Source: Candidatus Omnitrophota bacterium (GTDB lineage Bacteria; Omnitrophota; Gorgyraeia; JABMRN01; RBG-13-46-9). From it: a stretch of 64,000 bases of DNA. Below the pieces are notes generated by a model, which saw only the letters and a program-made list of their open reading frames with translations, was not told the DNA's origin and ran no database searches. The position numbers and the translations under genes were made by a program. Of the stretch, positions 10,096 through 19,585 are shown one piece after another (within the stretch, counting starts at the first letter, position 1; every line of letters begins with the position of its first letter). The stretch covers positions 41,006 to 105,005 of the forward strand of contig JABMQJ010000026.1 of the NCBI GenBank assembly GCA_013203315.1, read 5' to 3'.

Positions 10096-11113
10096 AAATC
10101 CAAGACGCATACTCATAGTAGAAGTAAACTGGCTGGGGGATGTCCTGTTTTCCACGCCGTTTATAAGAGCGCTTAGGGGTAAATTCAAAGACGCCCATAT
10201 TGCGTGCATGGTTGTCCCGCGCGCCAAAGAAATATTACAATATAACCCTCACATAAACGAGATAATAATTTATGACGAAAAGCGTGCGCACAAAGGGCTT
10301 TTCGGAAAAATAAAACTTATCTGGCTTCTTCGAAAAAAGCGGTTTGACCTCGCTGTCCTTTTACACAGGTCGTTTACGAGGGCCTTTATAACATTTTTGG
10401 CCGGAATAAAAGAGCGCGCCGGTTATATCACTAAAAAAAGGCGCACAATTCTTACGCATCCGGTCGAGCCCTCCGAAACGGACCTTCACAAGGTGGAATA
10501 TTTTTTAAAAATTGCCGAATCCCTGGGATGCGATATCTCAAGAAAAGATTACGAATTTTTCGTAACGGACAAAGAAAGAAAATATGTGGAAAAATTGCTT
10601 TCAGAAAACGATGTCCACATGGAGGACTTCGTAGTTGTCATACACCCGGGCGCCAACTGGATTCCGAAAAGGTGGAGCGAGGATAATTTTGCGCGTCTTT
10701 CAGATACCCTCATAAAAAAGTACAACGCGAAAGTGATCGCGATCGGTGCCGAGAAAGATGCGAAAATCGCAACGCGCATAAAAAATAAAATGAAAGAAAA
10801 ACTTATAATATTTTCGGGAAAAACAAGCCTTTTGGAGCTCGGCGCGCTTACCGAAAGAGCGGATTTTGTCATATCAGGCGATTCCGGTCCCATGCACATT
10901 GCCTGCGCGATGAAGTCGGGCGTGATAGCGCTTTTTGGGCCGACCTCTCCTGCACTTACAGGGCCATATGGCAGCGGGAACTATCGCGTGATACAGAACG
11001 ACACCGATTGCGAGATTCCCTGTTACGACCTTACCTGTAATGATTATAGGTGCATGGACGCGATAACCGTAAGTGACGTTTTGCGCGTATTTGAGGAAAT
11101 GTATGCTAGATAA
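10085..11113 (+). CDS. ADP-heptose:LPS heptosyltransferase (GT9)
   Basis: 342 aa. N-terminus is RILIVEVNWLGDVLFSTPFIRAL, and it carries the C-terminal GDSGPMHIACA and FGPTSP motifs characteristic of GT9. Confidence 0.75.
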   Translation: MKTENPRRILIVEVNWLGDVLFSTPFIRALRGKFKDAHIACMVVPRAKEILQYNPHINEIIIYDEKRAHKGLFGKIKLIWLLRKKRFDLAVLLHRSFTRAFITFLAGIKERAGYITKKRRTILTHPVEPSETDLHKVEYFLKIAESLGCDISRKDYEFFVTDKERKYVEKLLSENDVHMEDFVVVIHPGANWIPKRWSEDNFARLSDTLIKKYNAKVIAIGAEKDAKIATRIKNKMKEKLIIFSGKTSLLELGALTERADFVISGDSGPMHIACAMKSGVIALFGPTSPALTGPYGSGNYRVIQNDTDCEIPCYDLTCNDYRCMDAITVSDVLRVFEEMYAR

Positions 11114-12077
11114 ATCCGACATAAAACGAATATTAGTTATAACGTTATCCAACCTTGGCGACATTATCCTGACAACGCCCGTTGTCGAAGTGCTTTCAAA
11201 AGAATTTCCGAAGGCAAGCCTGGATGTTATGGTAAGCCCCGTGGGAGAGGACATTTTTAAATCCCACCGGAGAGTGTCCGAATGCATAATATACGACAAG
11301 AAGGCGACACCCCTTCAAAAATTCAAACTTTTTTTAACGTTACGCAAAAAAAAATACAATCTTGTAGTAGATTTACGAAATACGATTCTTACGCTTCTTC
11401 TCGGAGCCAAATACAACACCGGCCCTTTCAAGCGCGGGCTAAAAAACGATATGCACAAGAAAGACGTGCACCTATCCTGGCTGCAGGCTATAGGCATTGA
11501 CGCGTCAAGCGCTTCTTTTCATATTCCCATAGAGAATGCCGACGAAAAATACGTAGATAGCTTATTATCTAAATTAGGCGGAAAACCATTTATTACGATA
11601 AGTCCGGGCGCAAAAAGCCATGTCAAAAGATGGGCGCTTAAAAACTTCGCAAAACTCGCTGATATGGTAAAAAATGATCTCGGGATTGAAGTAATACTCG
11701 TAGGTAACGAATTTGACAAGATTATTATCGAAAGAATTTTATTCTACATGAAAACCAAGCCGTTCAATTTTATAGAAAAAACAAACGTCCGCCAACTTGC
11801 GTATTTAATTAAAAAAGCGAAGCTTTTAATAACAAATGATAGCGCGCCGATGCACATAGCAAGCGCCGTAGATACGCCCGTCCTTGCCTTTTTCGGGCCG
11901 ACAGACGAAAAAAAATACGGCCCAGTGACAAAAACAAAAAGTAAGGTGTTAAGAAAAAATATAAAATGCGCGCCATGCGAAGTCCCTCAGTGCATAAATG
12001 CGGCAAATAAATACGAATGCTTAAAAACTATCTCGGCAGACGAAGCATTCGCCGCAGTCAGGGAGTTGTTAGGATAA
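11103..12077 (+). CDS. ADP-heptose:LPS heptosyltransferase (GT9), paralog 2
   Basis: RILVITLSNLGDIILTTPVVEVL, then NDSAPMHIASAVDTPVLAFFGPTD. I chose ATG 11103 because GAGG lies 6 nt upstream and the N-terminus then matches the neighbouring GT9 paralogs. The ORF track's start at 11073 is also possible. Confidence 0.7.
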   Translation: MLDKSDIKRILVITLSNLGDIILTTPVVEVLSKEFPKASLDVMVSPVGEDIFKSHRRVSECIIYDKKATPLQKFKLFLTLRKKKYNLVVDLRNTILTLLLGAKYNTGPFKRGLKNDMHKKDVHLSWLQAIGIDASSASFHIPIENADEKYVDSLLSKLGGKPFITISPGAKSHVKRWALKNFAKLADMVKNDLGIEVILVGNEFDKIIIERILFYMKTKPFNFIEKTNVRQLAYLIKKAKLLITNDSAPMHIASAVDTPVLAFFGPTDEKKYGPVTKTKSKVLRKNIKCAPCEVPQCINAANKYECLKTISADEAFAAVRELLG

Positions 12078-12078
12078 T

Positions 12079-13095
12079 ATGCGCATACTGCTGACAAGAA
12101 CAGACAGAATAGGCGATGTAGTTTTATCAACGCCGGCAATTAAAGCGGTGCGCGATAAATATCCCGAAGCGCATATCGCGTTTATGGTAAGGCCATACGC
12201 GAAAGATATTGTCGACGGTAACCCATACCTTGACGAAGTAATAATCTACGATAAATACGGTAAGCATAAAAGCATTTTGAGCACGATTTTGTTCGCGCTT
12301 CGGCTTAAGAAAAAGAAGTTCGATAAAGCCTTTATGCTGCACCCGACAAACCGCGTTCACTTAGTTGCCTACCTTGCCGGCATCCCGGAGAGAATAGGCT
12401 TTGATAGGAAAATGCCTTTTCTTCTTACGAAAAAAGTTCCGCACATAAAGCAGGAAGGTAAAAAGCACGAGTTAGAATATACCCTCGACCTTCTGGCATC
12501 TATAGGTATAGAGGCTAAAGATAAAGAACTTTTCGTACCGGTACACGAAAATGATATCGAAAAGGTTGAAAAACTTTTAACTGAACACCATGTCGGTAGC
12601 GATATTCCATTAATTGCCGTGAACCCGGGCGCCAGCTGTCCGTCCAAGAGGTGGAAGCCTGAAAATTTCTCCGAAGTTTGCGATAATTTAGCAAGTAAAT
12701 ACAAAGCAAGGATACTGATCGTATCTGACCAGGCAAGCAAAGAGTTTGCGGACAAAGTGGTAAGCGGCATGAAGTACGAACCGGTCAACTTGGCGGGCAG
12801 GACCACTGTAGGCGAGTTGGCAGCCTTACTTTCAAAGTGCAAACTCTTCATATCTAACGATTCCGGCCCGGTTCACATCGCCTGCGCTGTCGAAACGCCG
12901 GTTATCTCCATTTTTGGCCGAAAAGACCCGGGTCTTTCACCCAAAAGGTGGGGCCCGACAGCCGAAAAAAGCGCAACATTCCACAAAAACGTCGGCTGCG
13001 ACCCATGCCTTGCCCACAACTGCAAAATCAACTTCAAATGCCTCGAAGCTATTACCTCGGTCGAAGTCCTCTCCGCCGCCGAAAAGCTTTTATAA
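12079..13095 (+). CDS. ADP-heptose:LPS heptosyltransferase (GT9), paralog 3
   Basis: MRILLTRTDRIGDVVLSTPAIKAV, then NDSGPVHIACAVETPVISIFG. It is the third co-directional GT9 gene in a row. Confidence 0.75.
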   Translation: MRILLTRTDRIGDVVLSTPAIKAVRDKYPEAHIAFMVRPYAKDIVDGNPYLDEVIIYDKYGKHKSILSTILFALRLKKKKFDKAFMLHPTNRVHLVAYLAGIPERIGFDRKMPFLLTKKVPHIKQEGKKHELEYTLDLLASIGIEAKDKELFVPVHENDIEKVEKLLTEHHVGSDIPLIAVNPGASCPSKRWKPENFSEVCDNLASKYKARILIVSDQASKEFADKVVSGMKYEPVNLAGRTTVGELAALLSKCKLFISNDSGPVHIACAVETPVISIFGRKDPGLSPKRWGPTAEKSATFHKNVGCDPCLAHNCKINFKCLEAITSVEVLSAAEKLL

Positions 13096-13147
13096 GAAGC
13101 AAGAGACGCAATTCCTTTCCCCACGAAAATTTTTACTTCACATAAAA

Positions 13148-13289
13148 GGGGTAACCGGGAGACAAGGCAGTCCCGGCGCAGCGCCTCATAAGATGTGCCA
13201 TAGTCAAAAGTACCTCATCCCATCGTTCCGATGGTATTCGGCACTTTTGACTGAAACTGCGCCGGGACTGCCTTGTCTCCCGGTTACCC
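13148..13289. repeat. 142-nt near-perfect extended palindrome (33-bp perfect outer stem, nested inner stems)
   Basis: GGGTAACCGGGAGACAAGGCAGTCCCGGCGCAG at 13148-13180 is the exact reverse complement of 13257-13289. Inside the loop, AGTCAAAAGT pairs with ACTTTTGACT, and CCATCG pairs with CGATGG. Confidence 0.85.
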
Positions 13290-13291
13290 AT

Positions 13292-13364
13292 TAAGGGGCT
13301 CCTTCTTTACTAATAAACTAAGAGCTTGATGCTTACTTATTCAAATAGAAGGAGCCTCTTTTAT
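13292..13364. repeat. 13-bp inverted repeat hairpin (AGGGGCTCCTTCT / AGAAGGAGCCTCT)
   Basis: Read directly from the sequence. There is one G-U/mismatch, and the loop is AT-rich. Confidence 0.7.
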
Positions 13365-13566
13365 CGGAATGAGAGGGTATTGGCGAAAGCGGCTTTTTTG
13401 CGGTCTTGTAGGAGATCCTTTCTTTCCATAATCGCCTTGGACCGTGTCCATCTAGTTATTGCTATATGGACACGGTCCAAGGCTTATATAGCTTACTACA
13501 ATTTGTTGAAGAAGAAAGAGCTCCGTCGTTAGCGCCAAGCCGCACTCGCCAATACCCTCTCATTCC
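13365..13566. repeat. 202-nt element bounded by a 20-bp perfect inverted repeat, with an internal 17-bp perfect hairpin
   Basis: GGAATGAGAGGGTATTGGCG (13365-13384) pairs with CGCCAATACCCTCTCATTCC (13547-13566). Inside, CCTTGGACCGTGTCCAT (13435-13451) pairs with ATGGACACGGTCCAAGG (13468-13484). Confidence 0.85.
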
Positions 13567-13629
13567 GTAAGGTTTGGGGAAAGCGAAAAAGGGGTTGAAT
13601 AATGCGGCTGGGTCATTATAATTGATAGT

Positions 13630-15345
13630 ATGAAGAATCTAGAGATCGCGGAAATATTTAATAACATGGCCGATATACTCGAGATAAAGGGCGAGAACCC
13701 TTTTCGCATAAGGGCGTACAGGAAAGCTGCCCAGAATATTGAGGGTTTGAGTGAAGATATTGCGAAGATCGCCCGTGAAAAGAAGCTGGAGGACCTGCCG
13801 GGGATAGGTAAGGACCTTGCCGGAAAGATGGAAGAGTATATTGCTACAAGCAAAATTGAGGCTTATGAAAAATTGAAGAAAAACGTCTCGAAACCGGTCC
13901 TGGAACTTATGGACATACCCGGCGTAGGCCCTAAGACGGCCATGGTTTTATGCGATAAGTTAAAGGTAAAAAGCATTAGGGATCTAAAAAAGAAGGCCTG
14001 CGAGGGAGAGATAAAAGGCATTCCCGGCATTAAAGAAAAAACGATCACGAATATATTGCGGGGTATAGATTTCTTAAGAAAGTCAGAGGGAAGGACACTT
14101 TTGGGGCAGGCTATTAAGATATCAGAAGAGATTATTGCCCGCCTCAGGAAATTACCGGAAGTAAAGAGAATCGAACCCGCAGGCAGCTTAAGGAGAAAGA
14201 GAGACACGGTAAGAGACATAGATATTCTCATAACCTCCGGCAACCCGCGCAAGGTAATGGATGTTTTTACGCGCCTGCCGGAAGTAAGAGACGTCCTGGC
14301 CGACGGCCCCACCAAGTCGAGTATAATTACAAAGGGCGAAGTTCAGGTGGATGTAAGGGTTGTTAAGCCGTCCAGCTTCGGCTCGGCGCTTTGCTATCTT
14401 ACCGGCTCGAAAAGTCATAATATCAGGCTACGAAAAATGGCGGCGCAAAAAGGCCTTAAAATAAACGAATACGGCGTTTTTAATATAAAAACAAACAAAA
14501 GAGTAGCAGGCGCAGAAGAAAAAGACGTTTACAAAACACTTGATCTTCCGTGGATACCGCCTGAGATACGGGAGGATAGGGGCGAGATAGAAGCGGCCAT
14601 GAAGAATAAGTTGCCGCGTCTTCTGGAATTGAAAGATATAAAAGGCGATCTTCACGCGCACTCGGATAGTTCAGACGGCGTGCTTAGCTTCGAAAAAATA
14701 GCTGCCATATGCCAAAAACGCGGATATGAATATGTTGTCATAAGCGACCACTCCAAGACCTTACGCGTTGCGGGTGGGCTAAGCGAAAAGGACCTGTTTG
14801 CAAACATTAAAAAGGTACAAAAACTCAATAAGAGATTTAAGAAAATACGCCTTTTGATAGGTTCGGAAGTGGACATTACTAGCGACGGCGAAATGGATTA
14901 CGAAAACGATATCTTAAAGGAACTGGATTTTGTAATCGCTGCAATCCACTCAGGGTTCAAGCAGTCGAAAGCGGTCCAGACAAAACGCATATTGAAAGCG
15001 ATGGACAATAAATACGTTAATATGATAGCGCACCCCACAGGTCGCTTGATGGGCGTAAGGGAAGGCTATGAAATAGATCTGGAGAGAATCCTAAAGCAAG
15101 CCAAGGCGACAAATACAGCGCTTGAGATAAACGCCTATCCCGAAAGGCTGGACTTAAATGACGCAGGCGTCGGCCGCGCGAAAGAATTTGGCGTTATGAT
15201 TGGTATAGCTACTGATGCCCACGTTGAAGACCAATTTGAAAATATGCGTTTTGGCGTAAGTGTTGCCCGCCGCGGATGGCTAGAAAAGAAAGATGTTTTA
15301 AATGCGCATGGCCTGGAAAATTTCCTGAAAAAGATTAAAAAATAA
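13630..15345 (+). CDS. polX: DNA polymerase X family protein with C-terminal PHP phosphoesterase domain
   Basis: 571 aa. The N-terminus IAEIFNNMADILEIKGENPFRIRAYRKAA is the classic bacterial PolX start. It has HhH motifs, a Pol-beta-like nucleotidyltransferase core (GSLRRKRDTVRDIDIL), and a C-terminal PHP domain with His/Asp metal ligands (DLHAHSDSSDG, ATDAH). Confidence 0.85.
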   Translation: MKNLEIAEIFNNMADILEIKGENPFRIRAYRKAAQNIEGLSEDIAKIAREKKLEDLPGIGKDLAGKMEEYIATSKIEAYEKLKKNVSKPVLELMDIPGVGPKTAMVLCDKLKVKSIRDLKKKACEGEIKGIPGIKEKTITNILRGIDFLRKSEGRTLLGQAIKISEEIIARLRKLPEVKRIEPAGSLRRKRDTVRDIDILITSGNPRKVMDVFTRLPEVRDVLADGPTKSSIITKGEVQVDVRVVKPSSFGSALCYLTGSKSHNIRLRKMAAQKGLKINEYGVFNIKTNKRVAGAEEKDVYKTLDLPWIPPEIREDRGEIEAAMKNKLPRLLELKDIKGDLHAHSDSSDGVLSFEKIAAICQKRGYEYVVISDHSKTLRVAGGLSEKDLFANIKKVQKLNKRFKKIRLLIGSEVDITSDGEMDYENDILKELDFVIAAIHSGFKQSKAVQTKRILKAMDNKYVNMIAHPTGRLMGVREGYEIDLERILKQAKATNTALEINAYPERLDLNDAGVGRAKEFGVMIGIATDAHVEDQFENMRFGVSVARRGWLEKKDVLNAHGLENFLKKIKK

Positions 15346-15346
15346 A

Positions 15347-16144
15347 ATGAAAATTATTCTTATTCTGCTCTTATTGTTTTCAAGTATTTTCAGTCAAGCC
15401 CCTGTCCTGGCAGTAGACATGGATGATATTGTCCCGATTTCAGCCGAGAAAGAAAAGAAAATGGGAGCCGCTATATCTAAGCAGGTAGAAAAACAATTCG
15501 ATGAAGTTGACGATCCGCTTGTCCAAAAGCGCTTCGAGGAAATAGGGGCAAAGCTCGCCAAGGTTTGCGACAGGCACGAATTCGTATACCACTTTAAGGT
15601 TCTGAAGGCAAAAGAGGGCCCCAAGGAGAGGTATTACAACGCCTTTACGCTTCCCGGAGGGTATATTTATATGTTCGAGCCTTTATTAGAAGCGCTCGAA
15701 ACCGATGATAAAATCGCCGCTGTTACGGCTCACGAGATCGGGCACATTTGCGGCCGACATGTTGTAAAAAGGCTACAGTCATCCCTTGGCGTTAACCTTC
15801 TCATGATTTTAGCCGTTGTTGCTGCGCGCGATGGCCGGACAGTAGCGCACACAAATGAGGCCATAACTCAGCTTATGATGTCGTATTCGAGGGAAGATGA
15901 ATTTGAGGCGGACAGATTATCCGTAGAATACGTTAAGAGAGCAGGGTTCGATCCGGAGGGCGTTTTAGAAAGTCTTCAAAGGCTAAAGGAATTAAGAAAA
16001 AAGGGGCCTGATCGGAGATACATAGACTACAGGAGCCACCCCTATTTGTCGGAGCGAATTGCCGCTGCGAGGAAAGAAATTAAAGGTTATGCGGATTTCG
16101 ATAGTTATATAAACTTACCGCACAAAGAAAAGACTTTCGATTAG
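15347..16144 (+). CDS. M48-family zinc metallopeptidase (secreted)
   Basis: 265 aa. It has a signal peptide (MKIILILLLLFSSIFSQAPVLA), the HExxH motif TAHEIGHICGRH, and a downstream Glu (EFEADR) typical of M48/HtpX-like peptidases. Confidence 0.7.
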   Translation: MKIILILLLLFSSIFSQAPVLAVDMDDIVPISAEKEKKMGAAISKQVEKQFDEVDDPLVQKRFEEIGAKLAKVCDRHEFVYHFKVLKAKEGPKERYYNAFTLPGGYIYMFEPLLEALETDDKIAAVTAHEIGHICGRHVVKRLQSSLGVNLLMILAVVAARDGRTVAHTNEAITQLMMSYSREDEFEADRLSVEYVKRAGFDPEGVLESLQRLKELRKKGPDRRYIDYRSHPYLSERIAAARKEIKGYADFDSYINLPHKEKTFD

Positions 16145-16156
16145 AGTTTCGGCAGG

Positions 16157-16579
16157 CTAAAATATCCCCAGGATCTTCCCGCGTATTATCTCGACATTTT
16201 TGAAGCGAAGCGCGTTAAAAGACGTGCCGTCAAACATGCCTTCAAATTGGATTGTTTTTCCTTTTCTGATGCTTTTGGCGGTTTCGAGGCCTATCGTAAG
16301 CACTAGTTCGTATGTCTCACCTTTGAAGCGTTTCGTGAGATACACTACAGCGTCATTTTTGGTACCGGCTACCTGCAAAACGTCTTTCACTCTTCCTTTT
16401 CCAACCGCAACTTGCCCGTTATATTGACGAACGGCGTCTCTTCTCTGAATAGAGGTCAGCTTTGTGTTGGTGAGGTCTTTTAATATCGTATTGACGTTTA
16501 AGGGTTTTGCGTAAGTATATATAGGAGAAAACGCGATAGAGAGCGCGAGAATTAATACAAGGATTTTTGTAATCTTCAT
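16157..16579 (-). CDS. hypothetical small secreted protein
   Basis: 140 aa with a clear signal peptide (MKITKILVLILALSIAFSPIYTYA). It is the only convincing minus-strand gene in the window. I recognise no family. Confidence 0.45.
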   Translation of the reverse strand: MKITKILVLILALSIAFSPIYTYAKPLNVNTILKDLTNTKLTSIQRRDAVRQYNGQVAVGKGRVKDVLQVAGTKNDAVVYLTKRFKGETYELVLTIGLETAKSIRKGKTIQFEGMFDGTSFNALRFKNVEIIRGKILGIF

Positions 16580-16685
16580 TTAGGCCTCCCTGCCTGCCGG
16601 TAGGCAAGCTTTATATTTTTTTGGCTAGTTTTATAGACCATTCAAATATACCATAAAATAGACAAAAATACAAACAAAACAGGCC

Positions 16686-16715
16686 TTGACTTACAAGTTG
16701 GGCCGTGGTAAAAAT
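16686..16715 (+). promoter_or_regulatory. candidate sigma70-type promoter (TTGACT, 17-nt spacer, TAAAAAT) upstream of the helicase gene
   Basis: TTGACT sits at 16686-16691 and an A/T-rich -10-like TAAAAAT at 16709-16715. This would place the helicase start at ATG 16726 rather than GTG 16705. It is a motif match only. Confidence 0.3.
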
Positions 16716-18741
16716 AAATGAGGTTATGAAATACATAATTAAAAAAGACATACCGCGTAAGTTTAAAAATATTGACTATAAAAAAGCATTAAATCCGGAA
16801 CAACTCAAAGTTGTTACAGGAGCCGAGGGTCCGAGCCTTGTGCTCGCCGGGGCGGGCAGCGGAAAAACAAGGACCCTTATTTACCGCGTAGCCTATCTCC
16901 TCGAAAAAGGCATCTCACCGCAGAATATTTTACTCGTTACATTTACGAATAAAGCCGCAAAAAACATGGAGGAGAGAATTGAGGGGCTTTTGGAAGCCAA
17001 GCCCAAGCGACTGTGGAGTGGTACCTTCCATCACATCGGCAACCGGTCCTTGCGCCTTTTTACGAAAGACCTGGGATACAGGCAAAACTACAATATTCTT
17101 GACCAAGAAGATTCCGTTGATTTGCTCAAGGTTTGTATAAAAAACCTGAATATCAAAGTTCACGAAGAGCGTTTTCCACGCCCGAAGGTCCTGCGTTCCA
17201 TAATAAGTTATTCCGTAAATTCCGACAAAACTATAGAGGAGACCCTGGAAAGGCAGCACCCCTATTTCCTGCGTTTTCACGATACGATACAAAAAATTAA
17301 AGCAGAATATGATGCTAAGAAACTCTCATCCAGCAACATGGATTACGATGATCTTCTCGTAAAATGGTTATGGCTCCTCAAGAACGTAGAAAGGGCCAGG
17401 GAGAGATTTTCGAAACAATTTCACTATATTCTCGTAGATGAATATCAGGATACTAACAGGCTTCAATCGGCTATTATAAAGGAGCTTTCCGGATTACATG
17501 GAAACGTTCTGGCGGTCGGAGATGACGCCCAGGCCATATATTCTTTCAGGGGGGCGGACGTGTCAAATATACTGCATTTTCCCAAAGAATACCCCGATGC
17601 GAAAATATTTAAACTGGAAAGCAATTACCGCTCGTCTCCTGAGATCCTGGATCTCGCAAACGACTCCATATCGTATAACAGGAATCAATTTGAAAAGCAC
17701 CTAAGGACTGTTAACGAAAACGGCTCGAAACCCGCCCTTATAGAGGTAAGGGATATGCGCGCCCAATCAAATTTTGTAGCCCAGCGCATACTGGAATTGC
17801 GTGACGAAGGGGTGGAGCTAAAAGATATGGCCGTTCTTTTCAGGGCGCACTACCAGGCGGCGGAGCTGGAAATGGAGTTCACAAAAAGAGGTATTCCTTT
17901 TATTGTCCGCGGCGGAATCCGTTTTTTTGAACAGGCGCATATTAAAGACGTTTTAGCGCATGCCAAGATTTTGACAAATCCTTTTGATGAGATCTCGTGG
18001 ATTAGGGCGCTTTCCATCCAATCCGGTATCGGCACCGCTTACGCGGGCCGCGTTTTTAATGAGTTTTTAAGCTTAGGTGACTTGAATAAAATGACAGGCA
18101 AAGAATTCGGAAGGTTCCTTCCGGAAAGATCCCGAAAGGGCCTTAAGAATTTCAAGAAAATAATGAATTCCATAGTAAATGAGGGATTGGAAAAAAGGCC
18201 TGACGAAGTAATCAGGCGAATTATTGATTCAGGCTACGCCGACTACGTAATGACGCATTTCGACAATGCCAAAGACAGGGTAGACGATTTGCATGAGCTT
18301 GTAAACTTCGCGCACGATTACAAGAATATAAAAACGCTTTTGCATGATATTACGCTGCGGGAGCCGTTCAAGGGTGAAACCATCACCGGATCACCTTCAC
18401 ACGATGAATATATCGTGCTTTCTACGATCCACCAGGCAAAAGGGCTGGAGTGGAAGGCTGTTTTTATGGTAGGGCTTTGCGAAGGGCAATTTCCACACCC
18501 AAAGGCCAAGGAGGATCCGCTACAGCTGGAAGAAGAAAGAAGGCTGTTTTATGTCGCGGCGACAAGAACAAAGAGCGACTTATTCCTGTTGCACCCGATC
18601 ACGAGGTATGATTACCAGATGGGGACAGTTATTTCACGTAAGTCATTGTTTTTAGAGGAGTTAAGTCCAGAACTCTATGATCATTGGGAGATAGAGGAAG
18701 AATATGCTGAGAATTGCGTTATAGATCTTGACAGGGGCTAA
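16705..18741 (+). CDS. UvrD/PcrA/Rep-family SF1 ATP-dependent DNA helicase
   Basis: 678 aa. It has Walker A (AGAGSGKTRTL), motif II (VDEYQDTN), GDDAQAIYSFRGA and the C-terminal VLSTIHQAKGLEW...LFYVAATR motifs. The start may be ATG 16726 instead. Confidence 0.8.
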   Translation: MVKINEVMKYIIKKDIPRKFKNIDYKKALNPEQLKVVTGAEGPSLVLAGAGSGKTRTLIYRVAYLLEKGISPQNILLVTFTNKAAKNMEERIEGLLEAKPKRLWSGTFHHIGNRSLRLFTKDLGYRQNYNILDQEDSVDLLKVCIKNLNIKVHEERFPRPKVLRSIISYSVNSDKTIEETLERQHPYFLRFHDTIQKIKAEYDAKKLSSSNMDYDDLLVKWLWLLKNVERARERFSKQFHYILVDEYQDTNRLQSAIIKELSGLHGNVLAVGDDAQAIYSFRGADVSNILHFPKEYPDAKIFKLESNYRSSPEILDLANDSISYNRNQFEKHLRTVNENGSKPALIEVRDMRAQSNFVAQRILELRDEGVELKDMAVLFRAHYQAAELEMEFTKRGIPFIVRGGIRFFEQAHIKDVLAHAKILTNPFDEISWIRALSIQSGIGTAYAGRVFNEFLSLGDLNKMTGKEFGRFLPERSRKGLKNFKKIMNSIVNEGLEKRPDEVIRRIIDSGYADYVMTHFDNAKDRVDDLHELVNFAHDYKNIKTLLHDITLREPFKGETITGSPSHDEYIVLSTIHQAKGLEWKAVFMVGLCEGQFPHPKAKEDPLQLEEERRLFYVAATRTKSDLFLLHPITRYDYQMGTVISRKSLFLEELSPELYDHWEIEEEYAENCVIDLDRG

Positions 18742-18971
18742 AAACAAGCTTAAACGTTGTTAGGTTATAAAAAAGCCACATTCTTACCCTTCTTTTTCCC
18801 CCCATTCTGTGCTATACTCTATGTAGAGTTAAATAAAGTGCTTGAATGAAGACAACGAGCAAAACGTAAGATTTTCGACAGGCATTTTTTTTGTCAACTA
18901 ACTAAAAGCTTTAAAAAAGTATTACCTATATGTATGATGCAAGTTTTACGCAAGTACTGGAGGAACCCAGA

Positions 18972-19562
18972 ATGAAACATTTCACGGACGAGCAATTGAT
19001 AAAGAAAGCGAAGCGTAAAGATAAGAGCGCTTTTAGCGAGGTCATTGATAGGTATAGCGATAAGATGCTCGGGTATCTCTATCGATACGTGGGTGACTAT
19101 CAGAAAGCCGAAGACCTGACGGTTGAAACATTTTTCAACGCGTATAAAAGGCTGAAAACCTACACGGAAATGGGCAAATTCAGTTCGTGGCTTTACATGA
19201 TAGCGACAAACTGTGCACGGAAAGAGTTACAAAAAAGGGCCCGCTCCAAGGAGGTTTCGCTTGAAAAGCCTTTGGGCGTAGGGGCGAAGGAAGATATAAA
19301 CTTAGGCGACTTGATAGCCGATGAAAAAACACGTCCCGATTACAACGCCAGGCAAACCGAACTTAAAGAGCTGATTTACAGCGCGATATCAAAGCTGGAT
19401 AAAAAGTATAAAGACGTTTTGCTATTTTGCGATGTCGAAGGTTTATCTTATGAAGAGGCAGCCAAGATTTTGAAGTGCAATCCGATAACAATCGGCACCA
19501 GAGTAAGAAGGGCACGAATCATGCTATACAATACACTGCGAAGATATGGTTATGAATTCTAA
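18972..19562 (+). CDS. ECF-type RNA polymerase sigma-70 family factor
   Basis: Region 2 is ...YRYVGDYQKAEDLTVETFFNAYKRL. Region 4 is a helix-turn-helix (DVLLFCDVEGLSYEEAAKILKCNPITIGTRVRRAR). GGAGG lies 8 nt upstream of ATG 18972. The ORF track's start at 18930 is less likely. Confidence 0.75.
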   Translation: MKHFTDEQLIKKAKRKDKSAFSEVIDRYSDKMLGYLYRYVGDYQKAEDLTVETFFNAYKRLKTYTEMGKFSSWLYMIATNCARKELQKRARSKEVSLEKPLGVGAKEDINLGDLIADEKTRPDYNARQTELKELIYSAISKLDKKYKDVLLFCDVEGLSYEEAAKILKCNPITIGTRVRRARIMLYNTLRRYGYEF

Positions 19563-19585
19563 AACAAGGTGTCTATACCCTGTAT

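Noticed and set aside
431-12851. Minus-strand ORFs overlapping the LPS-locus genes (431-1006, 2029-2358, 5315-6097, 6454-6873, 7507-8085, 8639-9286, 10549-11299, 12369-12851 and others)
   Set aside because: Each is antisense to a well-supported + strand gene with clear family motifs. They have no RBS, so they are shadow ORFs.
12914-13532. Two + ORFs (12914-13294, 13326-13532) and minus ORFs in the palindromic intergenic region
   Set aside because: They run through the long perfect inverted repeats. The first also overlaps the heptosyltransferase 3' end out of frame. They have no start context and a Pro/Ser/Lys-rich junk composition, so they are better explained as non-coding structured DNA.
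13096-13629. Possibility that the structured intergenic region is RNase P RNA, tmRNA, 6S RNA or a group II intron
   Set aside because: I found no AGGAAAGTCC/GNAA RNase P core, no tRNA-like 5' GGGG with a 3' CCA end and tag ORF, and no group II domain V consensus. The stems are too long and perfect for these families. It is kept as an unexplained repeat/structure finding instead.
18742-18971. Sigma70 promoter for the ECF sigma gene (TTGTCA at ~18886)
   Set aside because: There is no convincing -10 hexamer at 16-19 nt spacing, so it is not reported as a feature.
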